From Treponemataceae bacterium (GTDB lineage: Bacteria > Spirochaetota > Spirochaetia > Treponematales > Rectinemataceae): 64,000 nt of DNA. The DNA lies in NCBI GenBank assembly GCA_963678065.2, contig CAXXVZ010000002.1, positions 544,001 to 608,000 of the forward strand, read 5' to 3'. How positions within the stretch are numbered: the first letter of the stretch is position 1; every line of letters starts with the position of its first letter. The position numbers and the translations under genes are program-made. Under the pieces are notes generated by a model. That model was not told where the DNA came from. It made no database searches and saw only the letters and a program-made list of their open reading frames with translations. Of this stretch, positions 59,402-64,000 are shown one piece after another.

Positions 59402-59898
59402 TCCGCCCTCCATCGACAATCATTTACGCAATCGATCACTGCGTTGTCCATGTCGGGTATTACGATAGTCGATGCATTATTTTACGATCGACGATATTGC
59501 AGTGGGTATTCAGTCTGGAAAATCGCTCAACCGGTTGAATTGAGTGAGGATTGCCCAGCCCCCGTCGGCATCGAGGGATACCTTCACGCCAGCCGTCGAC
59601 GAAAGTGATGAAGGCGTCGGCGCCTGACTTTCGGTAATAGCGCTAGACCGGAAGGCTTGCGACAGCGTCGTAGATTGCCACCGCCACTTTGGGCGCTGCC
59701 GTCCGACTTGACGAAGGTCCTGTTGGATGATGGTATTCATTGGTAATGTACCTGATGGTACGGCGAGGAGAAAGGAGAAAGCATTTTTATGTCACATATT
59801 GATGCCATTGTTCGGATGGTCAGAAGGTTATTATTTATCCAAGAGTGGCAGCTGAGAACTGCCTGAAAGATAAGAAAGAAGGTTCTTGAGGAGCCTCT

Positions 59899-60654
59899 AG
59901 GTACGGATCGATTTCATGTTCTGTTTCCTTCTATATTAGAATGCTCGATACAGTGCCGCCAGCCAGAGGCCTCACCGCATCCTGATGGCCGGGCCGGTAT
60001 TCCGACATCATGTCGACCCCGACGGCAGACATGCGCAATCCCGGCGTCGGCATTGACAGGTCCGGAATGCCGCGCCCATTATTGGCAGCGCCAGCCTGCA
60101 CGCTCTCAGCGATAGAGTATCGCAGAGTCAGGCCGGAAAACGAGGCTGCGATGCCCATAGCCGTTTTCAGCGCAGGCGGCACCCGGATCCGCGCCGTCCG
60201 TTTCGTGCTGATCCTCTCGATCCTCTGTGCCGTGGCCTCGCTGTGGTGGGGTACGGACATTCTCCTTCGGTACGGAATGGCACAAGCCGACGGAGGCATT
60301 CTCGCGCCCCTTGCCGTCAGGATTCTTCTCGCCGGATTTGTATTCCTCGCGGGCTTCGGCTTCGCGTGCGGCATGTGGCTCTATTGCGGCATCTATGTCG
60401 TCGAGATTTCTATCGACGGAAAAACATCCCTGGTTACCATAAAAACCCTCGCGCCGGCAGGCCGGAAGACGTTTGGAATCGAGCAGGTGGCAATCACGAA
60501 AAGCCGGCCGCATGAAGGGTCCCTGCGCACTTCCCGCCAGACAGTCAACGCACCCTGGATCTCGATCCATGTCGACGAAAGGAAGCTTCCTCTTATCATC
60601 GATCTGCGGGGTCGAATCCTCGACGAAAAGATTTTCAGGAAAGTGCTGCGAATC
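59899..60654 (+). repeat. Diverged direct repeat, copy 2 (paired with 48103-48773)
   Basis: Same anchors as copy 1; carries only the first six mliC codons (MKSIRT, then TAG) on the minus strand. Confidence 0.9.
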
Positions 60655-60690
60655 CCGAGTGGGCAAAGCTTCTTCGCTGGCCCTCAATGA
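60151..60690 (+). CDS. Hypothetical membrane protein (two TM segments + soluble C-terminus)
   Basis: Intact 179-aa ORF; this ATG and its GAGG RBS are also conserved in the pseudogene copy at 48305. Confidence 0.75.
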   Translation: MPIAVFSAGGTRIRAVRFVLILSILCAVASLWWGTDILLRYGMAQADGGILAPLAVRILLAGFVFLAGFGFACGMWLYCGIYVVEISIDGKTSLVTIKTLAPAGRKTFGIEQVAITKSRPHEGSLRTSRQTVNAPWISIHVDERKLPLIIDLRGRILDEKIFRKVLRIPSGQSFFAGPQ

Positions 60691-60844
60691 ATATTTGTCA
60701 TGTTTCTACAAGAAGAAATATGATGTCGACAACTTCCGCTGCCGCCACCTTCGCCACCCGAACAACGCGGAATGGCCTCCGGGATTCGGCACCCCAAAGG
60801 CCATTCCACTCTCTCCCGGCCGGCCTGCGACCGGAACTCGTTTC

Positions 60845-61798
60845 TCAGCCCGCCGACTTCCTGAGCGGAACCCAGACCTCGGCGTAGCATTCCGGTGAGT
60901 CACCGTCGCCGCGGGGATCACCCGGCATGAAGGGAGGGTAAACCTCGAAATCCGGCGTGCCCGCGTGCTCGTATCCCGATGCCGGGAACCACTCGGAGAA
61001 GACGCGCTTCCAGACTTCCTGGATGGAGAGCGGCATCGGCCCCAGCGACTCGAAGACGCCGTAGGTCGAGGCGGGGATCCTCGCCCGCTTCCACTCTGCG
61101 GGAAGGCGCTCCGGCTTTGACCTCTCCTGGCCTGAATCAGGGACAGAGCCCGCCCCGGATTCAGTTCCGGGCACGGCTCCTGCCTCGACGCCGATCATGT
61201 AGTCGAACTCCCCGGTTCTCGCATCCGCGGCCGGAAGGCAAATACCCAGAATCCCCATCGGTCCGCAGGCGGCCACGAGCTTCCCGAAAGAACCGTTTTG
61301 CATGCATTCCTGCCAGTAGGCCGGGATCTCGCGGAGATTCCTGCCCCCGTCACTCCCTGTGCGCAGCGTCGGCCCGATCACATCGATGGCTTCCCGCTCT
61401 TCGATCCTGTACTTCATCTCCTGTGCTCCTTTGAGGACGAGTAAAACCTTCATGGGCGTGAAAAGCGCCAGAGCGGGCCCTCCCGGACCGAGTTCCGAGG
61501 GCTTTACGCCGAAGGTTCGCTTGAAGGCCTTGCTGAATGATTCGGGTGTCTCGTACCCGTAGCGGAGGGCGACATCGATCACCCTGAAGCCTCCCGCGGC
61601 GAGGTCGAGCGCGGCCTTCGAGAGGCGACGTCGCCTGAGATAATCCCCGGCGCTCATGCCGGCGACCACCTCGAAGACCCTGAAAAAATGGTAGAGGGAA
61701 CAATTCGCCGCCGCGGCGACCGTATCCCAGTCCAGATTCCCGTCGAGTCCCGCCTCGATCGCGCCGAGCGCCGCGTTCATCCTCTCCTGCCAGGTCAC
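60845..61798 (-). CDS. AraC-family regulator with GyrI-like effector domain
   Basis: YLRRRRLSKAA...VALRYGYETPESFSKAF and IQEVWKRVFSEWFPASGYE; GGAGG RBS before GTG. Confidence 0.92.
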   Translation of the reverse strand: MTWQERMNAALGAIEAGLDGNLDWDTVAAAANCSLYHFFRVFEVVAGMSAGDYLRRRRLSKAALDLAAGGFRVIDVALRYGYETPESFSKAFKRTFGVKPSELGPGGPALALFTPMKVLLVLKGAQEMKYRIEEREAIDVIGPTLRTGSDGGRNLREIPAYWQECMQNGSFGKLVAACGPMGILGICLPAADARTGEFDYMIGVEAGAVPGTESGAGSVPDSGQERSKPERLPAEWKRARIPASTYGVFESLGPMPLSIQEVWKRVFSEWFPASGYEHAGTPDFEVYPPFMPGDPRGDGDSPECYAEVWVPLRKSAG

Positions 61799-62078
61799 GA
61801 ACACCTCCATCCCGGGCAAACCCTTGCATCCCTCACCGGGCTTGTTGCCGAGTCAGCGCCAGGCCTGTCATCAATGCTGTCCCCACCATCAGGATACCCC
61901 GGGCATCACGAAAAGGCCGGTCATTTCTTGCCGGATCATGACCGGTCGACGAAGGCCGCCACGATGAAAGAAGATGTTCCCGCCGTGCGGATGTCCTTCG
62001 CGGCCCCGCGCAGATATTGCATCGGCGCGCAGAGTACGGCATAACAGCATGAGCCCGCTTATTGTACAGGAAACCAGA

Positions 62079-62423
62079 ATGGGAACGGAAGGAACTGACA
62101 TCGTGGATGTGGCGAAAGACCAGCTTCGCATCCTCTTGCAGAAAATGCGCAAGGACTGCGCCTGCCACGCGATCGGCTGGTGCACGTTGCTCGAACTCGA
62201 GGTCGCCAGCCACCGCGATCCGCGCATGCTGATCCAATTCAAGTGCATCGAAAAGTACAAATACATCCTCTCGCAGAACGCCGGTCATGAAATCCAGCTC
62301 AACGAGGCGACCGAGAGGTGGATCTCCGACGGCCATGCCAAAAAGTTCGGCGAGATATACAAGCCGACGACCTCGTTCAACGATTACGATATCGAACGCC
62401 TGTTCCTGTCCGTGCTGCGCTGA
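62079..62423 (+). CDS. Small hypothetical protein
   Basis: Coding-like GC3 bias; CACH...C cluster; IEKYKYILSQNAGHEI...A..RW motif; start uncertain (62049 or 62079). Confidence 0.65.
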   Translation: MGTEGTDIVDVAKDQLRILLQKMRKDCACHAIGWCTLLELEVASHRDPRMLIQFKCIEKYKYILSQNAGHEIQLNEATERWISDGHAKKFGEIYKPTTSFNDYDIERLFLSVLR

Positions 62424-62549
62424 ACCCCTCCGGCACCGTCCCCTGACCGCCGGGAGGTAGGGGATGAAGACCGTCTTGGCGACTTTTCACCGCCGGCGGC
62501 CTGTTCCAGCACCGTATTTCATTCCCATATTTGACAGTTCAGTATCGAT

Positions 62550-62578
62550 TTGACAGCGATCTGCCTCTTGTGTATCCT
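62550..62578 (+). promoter_or_regulatory. Sigma70-type promoter
   Basis: TTGACA-N17-TATCCT; a second TTGACA at 62531. Confidence 0.6.
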
Positions 62579-62606
62579 GCATCAAATTTCCCCTGGAGTA
62601 ACGGCG

Positions 62607-63764
62607 ATGCAGATGGCTCATCGATTGAAGGGACTTCGCGAATCGTTCATCCGCGAGATGACGCGCCTGGCTATCAGACATGAGGCAATCAACCTGTCCC
62701 AAGGCTTCCCCGACTTCGATCCTCCGCGTGAAGTGATCGACGCAGCGCACCGCGCACTCGATTCGGGAATGAATCAGTATGGCGTCACCTGGGGAAATCC
62801 GCCTCTGCGCCAGGCAATCGCCGCGAAGATGCAGAACAGGTACGGGCTCGTTTTCGACCCCGACAAGCACATCACCGTCACCTGCGGCGTGACCGAGGCC
62901 ATATCGGTGGCGCTGATGTCCCTCGTCAGTCCGGGCGACGAAGTCATCATCATCGAGCCCTTCCACGAAGGGTATCTGCCGGAAGTCATTTTTGCAGGCG
63001 GAACGCCGCGTTTCGTGGCGCTCGAGGGCCCCGACTTTGCGCTCGAGCCGGACAGGCTCCGCTCCGCGTTCAACGAGAAGACGCGCGCGATCATTCTCAA
63101 CACGCCGCACAATCCGACCGGACGCGTGTTCACGCGAACCGAACTCGAAGCGGTCGCCGAACTGTGCCGGCGATTCGATGTCATTGCGATCACCGATGAA
63201 ATCTACGAGGACATCATCTACGATGGCCGCCAGCACACTCCTCTCGCGACCCTGGATGGAATGGCGGAACGGACGATCACGATAAACGGTTTCGGCAAGA
63301 CCTTCGCCATGACCGGCTGGCGGCTCGGTTACGCTTGCGCTCCCGATCCGCTGTCCACCGCGTTCCGCACGATCCACGATTTCACGACGATCTGCGCGCC
63401 GGTTCCCCTCCAGGCTGCCTGCGTCACGGCCCTCGAATTGCCGGACTCGTATTACGTGCAACTCAGACGCGATTACACCCTGCGACGGGAAAAAATCATG
63501 ACTGTTCTCGAAGATCTGGACTTCACCGCCCACGTTCCGGAGGGCGCCTACTATGCCCTCGCGGATTTCAGTGCGTGGAAATTCGATGGCGACGACTACG
63601 CTTTCGCCCGCATGTTGCCGGAAAGATACGGCGTCGCCATCGTGCCGGGATCGAGTTTCTACGCGACACCGGGCCTGGGGAAAAACATGGTTCGCTTCGC
63701 CTTCGCCAAGAAAATCGAAACGCTCGAAGCCGCGGCGGCCAGACTCCGGGCAGGAAGGCGCTGA
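62607..63764 (+). CDS. PLP-dependent aminotransferase class I/II (YbdL/kynurenine aminotransferase-like)
   Basis: INLSQGFPDF, LNTPHNPTG, TDEIYE and GKTFAMTGWRLGY. Confidence 0.93.
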   Translation: MQMAHRLKGLRESFIREMTRLAIRHEAINLSQGFPDFDPPREVIDAAHRALDSGMNQYGVTWGNPPLRQAIAAKMQNRYGLVFDPDKHITVTCGVTEAISVALMSLVSPGDEVIIIEPFHEGYLPEVIFAGGTPRFVALEGPDFALEPDRLRSAFNEKTRAIILNTPHNPTGRVFTRTELEAVAELCRRFDVIAITDEIYEDIIYDGRQHTPLATLDGMAERTITINGFGKTFAMTGWRLGYACAPDPLSTAFRTIHDFTTICAPVPLQAACVTALELPDSYYVQLRRDYTLRREKIMTVLEDLDFTAHVPEGAYYALADFSAWKFDGDDYAFARMLPERYGVAIVPGSSFYATPGLGKNMVRFAFAKKIETLEAAAARLRAGRR

Positions 63765-63829
63765 AGCGGGAGCGTTCGGCGTCGGCCGGCATGCAGAATG
63801 GTATAAAAGGAAATGAGCGGAACCATCAC

Positions 63830-64000
63830 ATGACACATTCTTCCCCTATAAGTCTGCGAACGAGAATAGCGGCTGTGATGATGGCGACCGTCATGATTTC
63901 CGTCATTATCCAGATATCCGCAGTGAGAGCGTTCATCAAAGATTACATCATCGATAACGGCTCGAAAAAAGTCCTCAGCATCGCCAAGGAACTTGCGATG
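63830..64000 (+). CDS. N-terminus of a membrane protein, possibly a CitA/DcuS-like sensor kinase (truncated by the window edge)
   Basis: MTHSSPISLRTRIAAVMMATVMISVII... TM segment, then KVLSIAKELA; open to the window end. Confidence 0.45.
   Translation, partial: MTHSSPISLRTRIAAVMMATVMISVIIQISAVRAFIKDYIIDNGSKKVLSIAKELAM

Noticed and set aside
59420..59900. 76-aa ORF (59510-59740 -) and TTACG/ATCGA-rich repeats upstream of the flavoprotein gene
   Set aside because: No recognisable motif or RBS, and the repeats are short and irregular; insufficient support.

Overview
This is high-GC bacterial chromosomal DNA, most likely from a free-living spirochaete (inferred from the long spirochaete-type Prs and neighbouring hypothetical proteins). 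Housekeeping genes (mgsA, eno, parA/parB, NifU-like, Na/Pi cotransporter, prs) are interleaved with four carbohydrate-type ABC uptake loci and a decayed defence islet (hipB-hipA-AAA/DUF4143 plus a heavily deleted hsdR relic). An ~11 kb cargo block is bracketed by a diverged direct duplication showing reciprocal gene loss. The standout is the locus at 25.6-33.9 kb: a soluble histidine kinase (30860-32692) whose input region is an RbsA/MglA-like ABC ATPase domain followed by PAS. It is co-encoded with a sigma54 (GAFTGA) response regulator and transcribed divergently from a monosaccharide ABC operon that has a clear -24/-12 promoter and a five-copy TG(T/A)ACA array upstream. This suggests a transporter-docked, uptake-sensing two-component circuit. 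No rRNA, tRNA, CRISPR array or intact transposase/integrase was seen. All family calls are by motif recognition from memory; no database search was run.
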